Assembly (NCBI GenBank): GCA_030699125.1
Contig: JAUYKM010000018.1
Span: forward strand, 34,884-98,883
Reading direction: 5' to 3'
Length of the DNA: 64,000 nucleotides
DNA from: Candidatus Daviesbacteria bacterium
Lineage (GTDB): Bacteria; Patescibacteriota; Microgenomatia; Daviesbacterales; UBA10151
Shown here: positions 35,293 through 43,268 of the stretch, piece after piece
Numbering within the stretch: the stretch's first letter is position 1
Layout: each line of letters begins with the position of its first letter
The notes under the pieces: model-generated
The model's input: only the letters and a program-made list of their open reading frames with translations
The model's database searches: none
What the model was told of the DNA's origin: nothing
Position numbers and translations under genes: made by a program

Positions 35293-35922
35293 AAATTCTG
35301 CCTGGTCTTTTTCTAGGAGTCCGCTTTTGATCTTAAAATCTATCTCTATAATTTTTTTATATAAATTTTTAATTTTTTCCAGATCAAATTTTTTCTTTTG
35401 TCTTTCCAGTTTTTCTTTCACAAATTGCGGAGCATTTTTTGGGGTTACTACTAAATTTCTTAATAAATAAAAAATCATGGTGATAAAATATTGAATTTCA
35501 AAGCCTGAGGATTTCAATCTATCTATATCCAGAAATGCTTTTTTATTACCTTCTGCTAAAGAATCCAGAAAAGGAAAAACAGATACCTCTCTTGCTTCCT
35601 CAAAAAACTCAATCTCTCCTTTTTTTTTCACCCATTCCATGATCGGCTTTTTAAAAGAGACTTCATGATCAAACCAAAAAATTAGTTGGTAGTTGGTAGT
35701 TGGTAGTTGGTAGTTGGGCAAAAAATCTTCTGGTGGATTTTCTAAGATGATCAGTTTCTCTTCCGAAAATAATAGATTGGTCATGAGAGCTGCATTAATA
35801 CTTTCTAAATCTGCCTCTTTTTCAAAAATCACCACATTATTGGAATCAAAATCTTTTTTAATATTAACTAACCTAGTTCTTGATGCATCAATTGCCGGGC
35901 CGTGGAGAAGATGGCTCTTCAT
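35266..35922 (-). CDS. Putative DNA polymerase III delta subunit (HolA-like). Contains a 7-bp tandem repeat.
   Basis: 218 aa, weak HolA-like N-terminus MKSHLLHGP..LIILENPPE. Low-confidence product call. Confidence 0.35.
   Translation of the reverse strand: MKSHLLHGPAIDASRTRLVNIKKDFDSNNVVIFEKEADLESINAALMTNLLFSEEKLIILENPPEDFLPNYQLPTTNYQLIFWFDHEVSFKKPIMEWVKKKGEIEFFEEAREVSVFPFLDSLAEGNKKAFLDIDRLKSSGFEIQYFITMIFYLLRNLVVTPKNAPQFVKEKLERQKKKFDLEKIKNLYKKIIEIDFKIKSGLLEKDQAEFLLVNLFTH
35684..35711. repeat. Tandem 7-bp repeat (AGTTGGT)x4 inside the HolA-like CDS (encodes NYQLPTTNYQL)
   Basis: agttggt agttggt agttggt agttggg, read directly. The unit length is not a multiple of 3. Confidence 0.8.
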
Positions 35923-37123
35923 TTTTTTCCTCCTCTTCTAAAATCTTTTTAATATAGTCATGAATAATGGTAAAATCATCATCTTCAGATACTAACACAT
36001 AAGAGCCCCCATAATTTTGTGATGGAGGGTTAATTAGCAATCGGCTCCTATCCTCAGGTAAACCTTCCCTTTTAGAATCATCCAGAACAATGGTCTGAGT
36101 CTGGGCCAGTTTTTTAGATAATTTAAAAAATTCCACACCAACTCTTACTGAAATATCCGTATCAATACTTTTACCCAAAGTGTCAATTAATTCCCCGATT
36201 TTTTTCGGGTCGGATAAAGTCTCTAGAGAAAGCACTTTGTTGCGGATGGCTTGGATAATTTTTTCCTGTCTCTTTGATCTGGCAAAATCCGACCCCTCAC
36301 CGCCGCTGCCGTGTCTGGATCTAACAAATTTTAAGGCTGTTTCTCCATCCATATTTTGTTTCCCCTCATCAAAATGGATGTGTTCATAGCGGCAAGAAAA
36401 ATATTTATAACCTTTATCTTCCTGGGCCGAATCAGTGGCTATTTCACCCTCTTCTGATATAAAAACTTTCATCTTTCCCGGCTCAATATTAAGCTTTTCA
36501 GCTTCTTCTTCTGTGAACTCTCTTTCTTCTTCCGTATATCCACACAGGTCGTTTTCCTTTCCCTCAATAGGATAGAGATAATCATCAAAGCTTCTTTCCA
36601 CCTCCACATCAATGCCACCCAGAATATCTATGGCCTCAATAAAACCCTTAAAATCAACTCTTAACCCATAATGTATAGGCAAACCAACAACATTACCCAT
36701 AACAGTTTTAGTCAGTCCCAAACCATCTCCTTCACCTATACCAATCTGATAAATTGTATTCGCTTTGGAGGAAAAAGAGGGTAACCATAAATCTCTGGGA
36801 ATAGAGATGATATACAAATTATTATTTTCCAAATTATAGGAAGCCACCAATATGGTATCTGTGAGAGTTGCCCCGTCGTGTCTTCCTCCGGCCATACCCA
36901 AAAGTAAAACATTGACTCGATCATCATCAGATTTAAAAGGGCTCAAATTAAATATATATGTGATAACGGATGAGGAGGACGAGCCTCCAGTTAAAAAAAT
37001 GGCCAAGGCAATAAGCAGTGCCAAAACAATAAAAATGGGGGTAATCTTTTTGATAATCCTTTTTATTTTTTTAACCCGAAAGGGATTATCTAGCTCTCTT
37101 TTTTGTAAAATAATTCTCTTCAC
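35888..37123 (-). CDS. LytR-CpsA-Psr (LCP) family cell-envelope glycopolymer transferase
   Basis: 411 aa. N-terminal TM helix and LCP motifs VLLLGMAGG...TDTILVASYN...ISIPRD. Confidence 0.8.
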   Translation of the reverse strand: MKRIILQKRELDNPFRVKKIKRIIKKITPIFIVLALLIALAIFLTGGSSSSSVITYIFNLSPFKSDDDRVNVLLLGMAGGRHDGATLTDTILVASYNLENNNLYIISIPRDLWLPSFSSKANTIYQIGIGEGDGLGLTKTVMGNVVGLPIHYGLRVDFKGFIEAIDILGGIDVEVERSFDDYLYPIEGKENDLCGYTEEEREFTEEEAEKLNIEPGKMKVFISEEGEIATDSAQEDKGYKYFSCRYEHIHFDEGKQNMDGETALKFVRSRHGSGGEGSDFARSKRQEKIIQAIRNKVLSLETLSDPKKIGELIDTLGKSIDTDISVRVGVEFFKLSKKLAQTQTIVLDDSKREGLPEDRSRLLINPPSQNYGGSYVLVSEDDDFTIIHDYIKKILEEEEKNEEPSSPRPGN

Positions 37124-37797
37124 AGTGAAGTTATAATCTTAACAAATTCCTCTGCATTTAAGGAAGCCCTACCTATTAACGACCCTGAGATGTTTTCCAT
37201 ATCAATAAAGGATTTGATGTTTTCCGAAGTGACACTTCCTCCGTATAATACTTCTACATCTTCTCCATATAAACTTTTTATCCCCCGCGCTACAACCTCT
37301 GCATTATCAGGAGTATCAGGATTACCTGTTCCAATGGCAAAGACTGGCTCGTAAGCTACGAGTTTACAACCATCCGATACAAGAGTATCCGAACCCTGAA
37401 CACAAACTAGAGGGGTGATGTTATTTTCTACAGCACGCTTCACTTTTTGTGCCACTATCTCATCTGTTTCAGTAAAATTTTCCCTTCTTTCAGAATGACC
37501 GATGATGGAGAGGCTTACCAGATCTTTTAAAAGAGGCGCCGCCTCCTCACCGGTATATGCTCCCACATTATATGGGGACAGATCTTGTGATCCCACTACC
37601 AGAGGGTAATTGCCCACTGCCACTGCCTTTTTAACTTCGGAAAGAGCAGAAAATGCTGGACAAACTACCACCTTTAATCCGTCAGCTGACGGATCTATTT
37701 TGGGAATCTTTGGCCCTACATATGAAACCCAATCTAAAGCCTCTCTTATAGTTTTATTGCTCTTCCAGTTCGCGATCACCCAGAGATTCTTATTCAT
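37120..37797 (-). CDS. tpiA: Triosephosphate isomerase
   Basis: 225 aa with VIANWKSNKT, GHSERR, AYEPVFAIGTG and YGGSV. Confidence 0.9.
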   Translation of the reverse strand: MNKNLWVIANWKSNKTIREALDWVSYVGPKIPKIDPSADGLKVVVCPAFSALSEVKKAVAVGNYPLVVGSQDLSPYNVGAYTGEEAAPLLKDLVSLSIIGHSERRENFTETDEIVAQKVKRAVENNITPLVCVQGSDTLVSDGCKLVAYEPVFAIGTGNPDTPDNAEVVARGIKSLYGEDVEVLYGGSVTSENIKSFIDMENISGSLIGRASLNAEEFVKIITSL

Positions 37798-37918
37798 AGT
37801 TTTACGTTTTTGACGAAGTCAAAAAGGCAAGGTTCTTCGAAGCGAGCAGTATAATATTTCATACTGCGAGCGAGAAGGTCCTTATTTGATTTCTAATTGG
37901 CAATAATCCAAATATTTT

Positions 37919-38257
37919 TCATTTTCCCCACCAACCGTACTTATCCAAGTCTATCATGAAATCTGATGACACCTCAATTCCTTCTTGTTCTAAGAGCGCT
38001 TTTTGTAAAGCTTTCATATGTTCCGGACATTTGGTGGAAATGAATCCATCTTTGTTAATAATTCTTTGCCAAGGTAGATTATATTTATCACTGTTAAAGT
38101 GTAGAATCCCTCCTACCAATCTTCCACCCCTGGGCAATCCAGCTAAAGTAGCCACAGTACCATAGGTGGTAACCCGACCATTAGAAATTTTTTTAACTAT
38201 TTGAATAACTTTATATTTGAAATTTCGTCTAGAGGACGATTGGCCTCTGGCCAACAT
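37919..38257 (-). CDS. Alkyltransferase-like protein (ATL; MGMT/Ogt C-terminal domain lacking the catalytic cysteine)
   Basis: The MGMT DNA-binding domain is present, but the active-site PCHRV is replaced by LPWQRIIN, as in ATL/YbaZ. Start chosen at 38257 (MLARG), which abuts the trxA stop; the longer ORF would overlap trxA. Confidence 0.65.
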   Translation of the reverse strand: MLARGQSSSRRNFKYKVIQIVKKISNGRVTTYGTVATLAGLPRGGRLVGGILHFNSDKYNLPWQRIINKDGFISTKCPEHMKALQKALLEQEGIEVSSDFMIDLDKYGWWGK

Positions 38258-38258
38258 A

Positions 38259-38519
38259 TTAACCATTGAGAAGTTCAAGAAGCTCTTGCTTTGCTGTAAC
38301 TCCAATTTTTCTACCTACTTCTTTATCATCCTTCATAATAATATACGTAGGAATGCTCATCACTCCAAATTTTTGAGCTTCCTGGGGTTTCTCATCCACG
38401 TTAATTTCCTCAACCTCTATCTTAGAACCTAATTCTTTTTTAATTTCCTCCAAAACCGGTGCCATCACCCGGCAAGGTCCGCACCACTCAGCCCAAAAGT
38501 CCAACAGTTTAACTGCCAT
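38259..38519 (-). CDS. trxA: Thioredoxin
   Basis: 86 aa with the WCGPC active site. Confidence 0.9.
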   Translation of the reverse strand: MAVKLLDFWAEWCGPCRVMAPVLEEIKKELGSKIEVEEINVDEKPQEAQKFGVMSIPTYIIMKDDKEVGRKIGVTAKQELLELLNG

Positions 38520-38597
38520 AGCAGTTTATATTAACAACCCTTTTAAAAATTGTCTAGAGGAAAATTAGTTTCCTGATTGCTCTTGACGGCGAAGTTG

Positions 38598-39053
38598 TTA
38601 GTATTTTTTCATAAAAGGACTGCAACTTTTTAGTTTTTTACCAAATGCTCTATCAATGAATCTTCTATCCACATACTTAGACTTCTCAAAATCTTCTCTG
38701 ACCTGCTGGTATGCTTCAAGCTCTTCATCGCCTGCGAAACCACAAACTGAATTATGCCCCCCTTCCATTAATACAATTGCCTGGCTTAAATATAGTGGCC
38801 CTGCCAAAGTGTATGTTTTACCACTTCCCCCTTTCAAATCCATTCTATCTTTATGCAACTTTGCATATTGAAGAGTACTTTCCTCTCGTAAACGCTCCAA
38901 TATTGTTTGTGGCCGATCTAGGGGGGACTGTTGCGGAGTAGGCTCAGGAGTTGGAGATGCAGTCGGAGTCACTTCACCTGATAAAACAGGTTGGCAACTC
39001 ATTAACAATAAGGCTATTCCTGCTAATCTTGGTACTAGACATTCTTTACTCAT
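38598..39053 (-). CDS. Lipoprotein of unknown function
   Basis: 151 aa. Signal peptide with lipobox LLMSC, then a P/T-rich linker. Confidence 0.55.
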   Translation of the reverse strand: MSKECLVPRLAGIALLLMSCQPVLSGEVTPTASPTPEPTPQQSPLDRPQTILERLREESTLQYAKLHKDRMDLKGGSGKTYTLAGPLYLSQAIVLMEGGHNSVCGFAGDEELEAYQQVREDFEKSKYVDRRFIDRAFGKKLKSCSPFMKKY

Positions 39054-39081
39054 ACCTGGATTATATCTAACTATAAGCTAT

Positions 39082-40983
39082 TTGTCAAAGAAAGTTCCCG
39101 ATGTTAAGATAATGTCCGTGTCAACTCTCCTTTCTGATCTAAATTCAGATCAACAACAAGCTGTTAAACAAACTGAAGGCCCGGTTTTAATTTTGGCTGG
39201 TGCCGGCTCCGGCAAAACTAAAGTTTTAACATACAGGGTGGCTTATTTAATTTCCGAAAAGAAAATCCCTCCAGAAAATATTCTTACATTGACATTTACA
39301 AATAAGGCAGCCGGAGAGATGATGGATCGGATCCGCCGACTCATCACTCAGTACTCATCACTTAGCACTCAACCAGTCATGGGCACATTTCACTCATTTT
39401 GCGCCAAAATTTTGCGCCGTGAAGGTAAAGTTTTAGGACTCCCCCCGGGCTTTGCCATTTATGATGAGTCTGATGCGCTAGATGCCATCAAAGAAGCCAT
39501 GGGAAATATTAATATTCCCATTCAGAAAACCTCCCCTTCTGCTGTAAGAAATACTATCTCCGGAGCCAAAAATGAGTTGATCTCCAGTTTGGAATATCCA
39601 AAATATGCCCGTGGTTTTTTCCAGGAGCAAGTTGCCAAAATTTATTTAGAATATCAAAAAATTTTAGAAAGAAATCATGCTTTAGATTTTGATGATCTGC
39701 TGCTTAAAGTCATCCGGCTTTTTCAGACTGAGCCTACAATTTTAACTAGGTATCAAATCCAGTTTCGTTATATTTTAATTGATGAATATCAGGACACCAA
39801 TAGTGCCCAATATTTAATCTCTAAATACCTGGCAAATCGTCATAAAAATATCTGCGTGGTAGGTGATGCCAGCCAGTCGATTTACTCCTTTAGAGGTGCA
39901 GATTTTAGAAATATTGTTAATTTTGAAAAAGATTATCCTAATGTCAAGATTTTTAATCTGGAGCAAAATTATCGATCCACCCAAAATATTTTGGATGCTG
40001 CTCATAGCGTTATTTCCAAAAATAAATCTCACCCCATCTTAAAGCTTTGGACGCAAAAAGAGGGAGGAGAAAAGATAGAAGTAGTAGAAATAAGAAATGA
40101 GATAGAAGAAGCCTTATTTATTCTTTCTCAGCTTAAAAAACCTTTTTCAAATTATGCCATCCTTTATAGAACTAATGCTCAATCCCGCTCTTTAGAGGAA
40201 CAATTTTTAAAATCTGGTATCCCTTACAGATTAGTGGGGGGGGTTTCTTTTTATGCACGGAAGGAAATCAAAGATGTGTTGGCATATTTGAGACTGATAC
40301 AAAATCCTGATGATTCTGTCTCTAAAAAACGCGCTGAAAAAATTGGCAAGGGTAGGCTGAATAAATTGATGGAATTTTATACTGAAATATCAAATAATCT
40401 GGGTGCACATTCCACGCTAGAGCTGCTTGATTTGATTTTACAAAAAACCGGCTATTTAGCTTATCTTGATGATGGCACAGATGAAGGGAAAAACAGAGTG
40501 GAAAATGTTAAAGAATTAAAATCTGTAGCTGAGGAATTTCCTAATTTAGTGGAATTTTTGGAAAACGTGGCTCTTGTCGAAGCTGCTGATACACCGACCC
40601 ACCGGAAAACCGATACACTGAATAAAGATGCTGTAACTTTAATGACTCTACATAGCGCCAAAGGTTTGGAATTCCCCACCATTTTTATGATTGGCATGGA
40701 GGAGGGATTATTCCCTCATTCCAGATCCATGCTTGATGTAAGGGAACTAGAAGAGGAGAGAAGGCTCTGCTATGTAGGGATCACCCGGGCCAAAGATAAA
40801 TTATACCTAACTTATACCAGACAAAGACTTTACTTTGGCACCAGATCTAATAATTTAGTTTCTAGATTCCTGTCGGATATCCCCGAACACCTTATCAGCT
40901 CCAATGCCACTTTTAAAGATTCTGACCAATTTTTGGATGACGTGGATGTTGGAATAGACCAGGAAGAATGGTTAAATACATAA
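39082..40983 (+). CDS. uvrD: ATP-dependent DNA helicase UvrD/PcrA family
   Basis: 633 aa. Walker A AGAGSGKT and helicase motifs DEYQDTN and VGDASQSIY. Confidence 0.9.
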   Translation: MSKKVPDVKIMSVSTLLSDLNSDQQQAVKQTEGPVLILAGAGSGKTKVLTYRVAYLISEKKIPPENILTLTFTNKAAGEMMDRIRRLITQYSSLSTQPVMGTFHSFCAKILRREGKVLGLPPGFAIYDESDALDAIKEAMGNINIPIQKTSPSAVRNTISGAKNELISSLEYPKYARGFFQEQVAKIYLEYQKILERNHALDFDDLLLKVIRLFQTEPTILTRYQIQFRYILIDEYQDTNSAQYLISKYLANRHKNICVVGDASQSIYSFRGADFRNIVNFEKDYPNVKIFNLEQNYRSTQNILDAAHSVISKNKSHPILKLWTQKEGGEKIEVVEIRNEIEEALFILSQLKKPFSNYAILYRTNAQSRSLEEQFLKSGIPYRLVGGVSFYARKEIKDVLAYLRLIQNPDDSVSKKRAEKIGKGRLNKLMEFYTEISNNLGAHSTLELLDLILQKTGYLAYLDDGTDEGKNRVENVKELKSVAEEFPNLVEFLENVALVEAADTPTHRKTDTLNKDAVTLMTLHSAKGLEFPTIFMIGMEEGLFPHSRSMLDVRELEEERRLCYVGITRAKDKLYLTYTRQRLYFGTRSNNLVSRFLSDIPEHLISSNATFKDSDQFLDDVDVGIDQEEWLNT

Positions 40984-41061
40984 AGAGCTATCAGTCATCA
41001 GACGTCAGTCGTCAGACAATCAGAAATCTGAAAGCTGAAGACTGAAAGCTGAAGACTAATT
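40984..41061. repeat. Heptamer-periodic imperfect palindromic element B immediately upstream of the 3D-domain gene ATG. Paralogous to element A at 13572..13656.
   Basis: Plus strand reads (NNNTCAG)x5 - aaat - (CTGAAAG/CTGAAGA)x4 - CTAATT - ATG. The last ~31 nt are identical to element A read toward pnp. Confidence 0.7.
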
Positions 41062-41754
41062 ATGGAAAGATATCTGGGAATCTTATTAATAATAGGACTC
41101 ACCATTTTTGCCGGTTCTTTTTGGCAAAATCCCGTTATTCTGGGGGAATCCACAGGCCCTTCCCAAATTCTGCCAATTAGTCAGCCTGTTCTCACTCAAT
41201 CTGCCTTTAGTGAAAAATTGGAAGAAGATATAGAAATAATTCCTAAAAAAACAGTCTATGAGGATGACCCGGAGACTGAAGCAGGAATAGAAAAAATATT
41301 AGAAGAAGGCGAAGATGGTAAAAGGGTTAAAATTATCAAAATTACCTATTATAAAGATGGCGATGAATATGATAGACAAATTGTTTCTACTGAAACCACG
41401 CCAGCCAAAAATAAAATCATTTCAAGAGGCACTAAAATTATCTGGAAAACCTTAGCTACCGCTGATGGAGAAATTAGGTATTGGAAAAAATTACGGGTCT
41501 ATGCCACTCATTATGATTCCAGATGTCCAGGATGTAATGAATGGACAGCCATTGGTATGAGAGCCGGCAAAGGCGTTATTGCTGTTGATCCCAAAGTTAT
41601 ACCCTTAAGATCTAAAGTTTATATTCCGGAATACGGGATGGCCATAGCCGGAGATACTGGCGGAGCCATTAAAGGAAATATTATAGATTTAGGCTTTGAT
41701 GATGCCAGAACAGCCGGCTGGAGAGCAAAATTTGTAGATATTTATCTCTTATAG
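41062..41754 (+). CDS. G5 domain + 3D (MltA-like) domain cell-wall protein (YabE/RpfB-like)
   Basis: 230 aa. Signal/TM helix, a G5-like segment, and a 3D domain YATHYDSRCPGCNEWTAIGMRAGKGVIAVDPKVIP...AGDTGGAIKGNIID. Confidence 0.75.
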   Translation: MERYLGILLIIGLTIFAGSFWQNPVILGESTGPSQILPISQPVLTQSAFSEKLEEDIEIIPKKTVYEDDPETEAGIEKILEEGEDGKRVKIIKITYYKDGDEYDRQIVSTETTPAKNKIISRGTKIIWKTLATADGEIRYWKKLRVYATHYDSRCPGCNEWTAIGMRAGKGVIAVDPKVIPLRSKVYIPEYGMAIAGDTGGAIKGNIIDLGFDDARTAGWRAKFVDIYLL

Positions 41755-41786
41755 CATTATTACGAGGAGCGAAGCAACGTGGCAAT

Positions 41787-42392
41787 CTAATTTATAAATT
41801 TAAAAGTATTTAGAATCAATGCTCCACTCTCACCAATTACTGGTTCAAATGAAATTCTATAAACTTTATTATTGTGAATTAGAGTAAATACTCTATTAGA
41901 CTTTGGGCCAGCAACTACTCCCTTCAATGTTTGAATACCATCAATATACATATATTCAACCTTATTACCCTCATAATCTAACCCTATTTCTCCATCGAAA
42001 GACTTATAATCAGACATAAAGGACTCTATACTCTCTTTTTCTGTTTGCTCCATTGAAATTGTCATCTGTCCATCATCTACGAGTAGAGATACACTATCTG
42101 GATCTTCTAAAAAGATATTGTCAACACCATAACTTCCTCCTTCTTTAATCTTTCCATCAATTGGGTATTTAAATGAAATTCCTAATTTTGTACTTGTATA
42201 TGTTTTCCAATTAGCACTTCGAGTATCCTCAGTGTAAACAGTTTCATCCGGAGAAGGTTGCGGAGTTTGGGAAATAGCCGGACTAGGCGAGGGTTTTGAG
42301 ACAGTTGATCTTCCCAAATAATATGCTCCAAAGGCTACTACTGCTGTTATTAATATTCCGATTAAGAAAATCTGAATCTGACCCTTTTGCAT
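41787..42392 (-). CDS. Membrane-anchored secreted protein, paralog 2 of the NWKTYT..FKYP family
   Basis: 201 aa. N-terminal helix, P/S-rich linker, SANWKTYTSTKLGISFKYP, and a C-terminus NTFKFIN matching paralog 1. Confidence 0.75.
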   Translation of the reverse strand: MQKGQIQIFLIGILITAVVAFGAYYLGRSTVSKPSPSPAISQTPQPSPDETVYTEDTRSANWKTYTSTKLGISFKYPIDGKIKEGGSYGVDNIFLEDPDSVSLLVDDGQMTISMEQTEKESIESFMSDYKSFDGEIGLDYEGNKVEYMYIDGIQTLKGVVAGPKSNRVFTLIHNNKVYRISFEPVIGESGALILNTFKFIN

Positions 42393-42399
42393 AGCGTTT

Positions 42400-42558
42400 T
42401 TAACTTAATTTAAACTTTTTTTCGTAGCTTTTAATTAAACTGATTGATAAATCTTCATCAAAGATAGCCCTAGCTAAAATCCCTTTTATTTTGGTGTTAT
42501 TTCTTTTCCACTTTTTATCTGGTTTACAAATACCACAAGTAGATTTACTGATTATCAT
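42400..42558 (-). CDS. Candidate 52-aa CxxC micro-protein between the protease and paralog 2. Not in the ORF track.
   Basis: MIISKSTCGICKPDKKWKRNNTKIKGILARAIFDEDLSISLIKSYEKKFKLS, translated by hand and checked. Its stop lies 7 nt before the next start. No SD. Confidence 0.35.
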   Translation of the reverse strand: MIISKSTCGICKPDKKWKRNNTKIKGILARAIFDEDLSISLIKSYEKKFKLS

Positions 42559-42574
42559 ATTTAACTATTATACT

Positions 42575-42976
42575 CTAATTTGGTATTCTAATTGGCTCTA
42601 TCTCTACAGTCTGTTTCTGGTAACTCAATTTAACGTCAAAGTGATCAAAAAATCCTTGTTGGCCTAAGATTCCATGACCAAAATCGCTAATCTTTGCAAA
42701 AATTACATATGTTGCGTATGTGATCTTATCAATTTTTATATCTATTTCTCCCCAAAAACCCTCTATCTCATCGTTGCCAGCTCCAATAAAAGTAATTTTA
42801 TTTTTCTTCGAAAATTTTAGCCCTAGTTCTTTGGCAATTTCTAGACTAAAAATACAATGATCAGCTCCGGAATCAATTAACCCATGATATAGAATAAAGT
42901 AATTATCTGACTTAATTATAATTGGAATAATAGGTCTTCTGAGGTAAGGAGTGATCTCTTTATAAGGAAATGTCAT
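42575..42976 (-). CDS. Retropepsin-like (clan AA) aspartic protease, copy 2
   Basis: 133 aa with motif LIDSGADHCIF. The N-terminus MTFPY.. parallels copy 1 (MNFPY..). 4-nt overlap with the upstream small gene. Confidence 0.8.
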   Translation of the reverse strand: MTFPYKEITPYLRRPIIPIIIKSDNYFILYHGLIDSGADHCIFSLEIAKELGLKFSKKNKITFIGAGNDEIEGFWGEIDIKIDKITYATYVIFAKISDFGHGILGQQGFFDHFDVKLSYQKQTVEIEPIRIPN

Positions 42977-43194
42977 TCAGTATAAATAAATGGTCCTACT
43001 ATTGGAAGAACTTTCTTTGGTATTTGAGTAACTAAAGGCATTTCATATCCTTTTTGTTTTGCTTTTCGAAGCACCTCATGTAGCGTTCTAGCATGTGCTA
43101 CAACCTTAGGTTTAGTCTCATGATCAATCATAGCCACCCACTTACCCTTATAGTTTTTATTACCATAAATTTTGGTCATGTCTACTGCTGACAT
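42973..43194 (-). CDS. Small conserved protein (73 aa) paired with the retropepsin-like protease, copy 2
   Basis: GKWVAMIDHETKPKVVAHARTLHEVLRKAKQKGYEMPLVTQIP aligns with the 65-aa copy-1 protein. Confidence 0.65.
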   Translation of the reverse strand: MSAVDMTKIYGNKNYKGKWVAMIDHETKPKVVAHARTLHEVLRKAKQKGYEMPLVTQIPKKVLPIVGPFIYTE

Positions 43195-43268
43195 AGTAAC
43201 TTAATTTTACCATTTTTGGAGATCTAAAAACCATATGTAGATTAACAGCAAAATTTGTAGATATATAT

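Noticed and set aside
37798-37918. Hairpins tttttgac-gaa-gtcaaaaa and gcagtat-N8-atactgc upstream of tpiA as intrinsic terminators
   Set aside because: The T-runs are on the 5' side of the stems in both orientations, so neither reads as a canonical rho-independent terminator. They may be promoter or leader structure (TATAAT within) but could not be assigned.
37919-38305. Calling this gene ogt/ada (O6-methylguanine-DNA methyltransferase); also the longer start at 38305
   Set aside because: The catalytic PCHRV cysteine is replaced (LPWQRII), so the protein is an ATL, not an active transferase. The longer start overlaps trxA by 47 nt, whereas Met at 38257 abuts the trxA stop.
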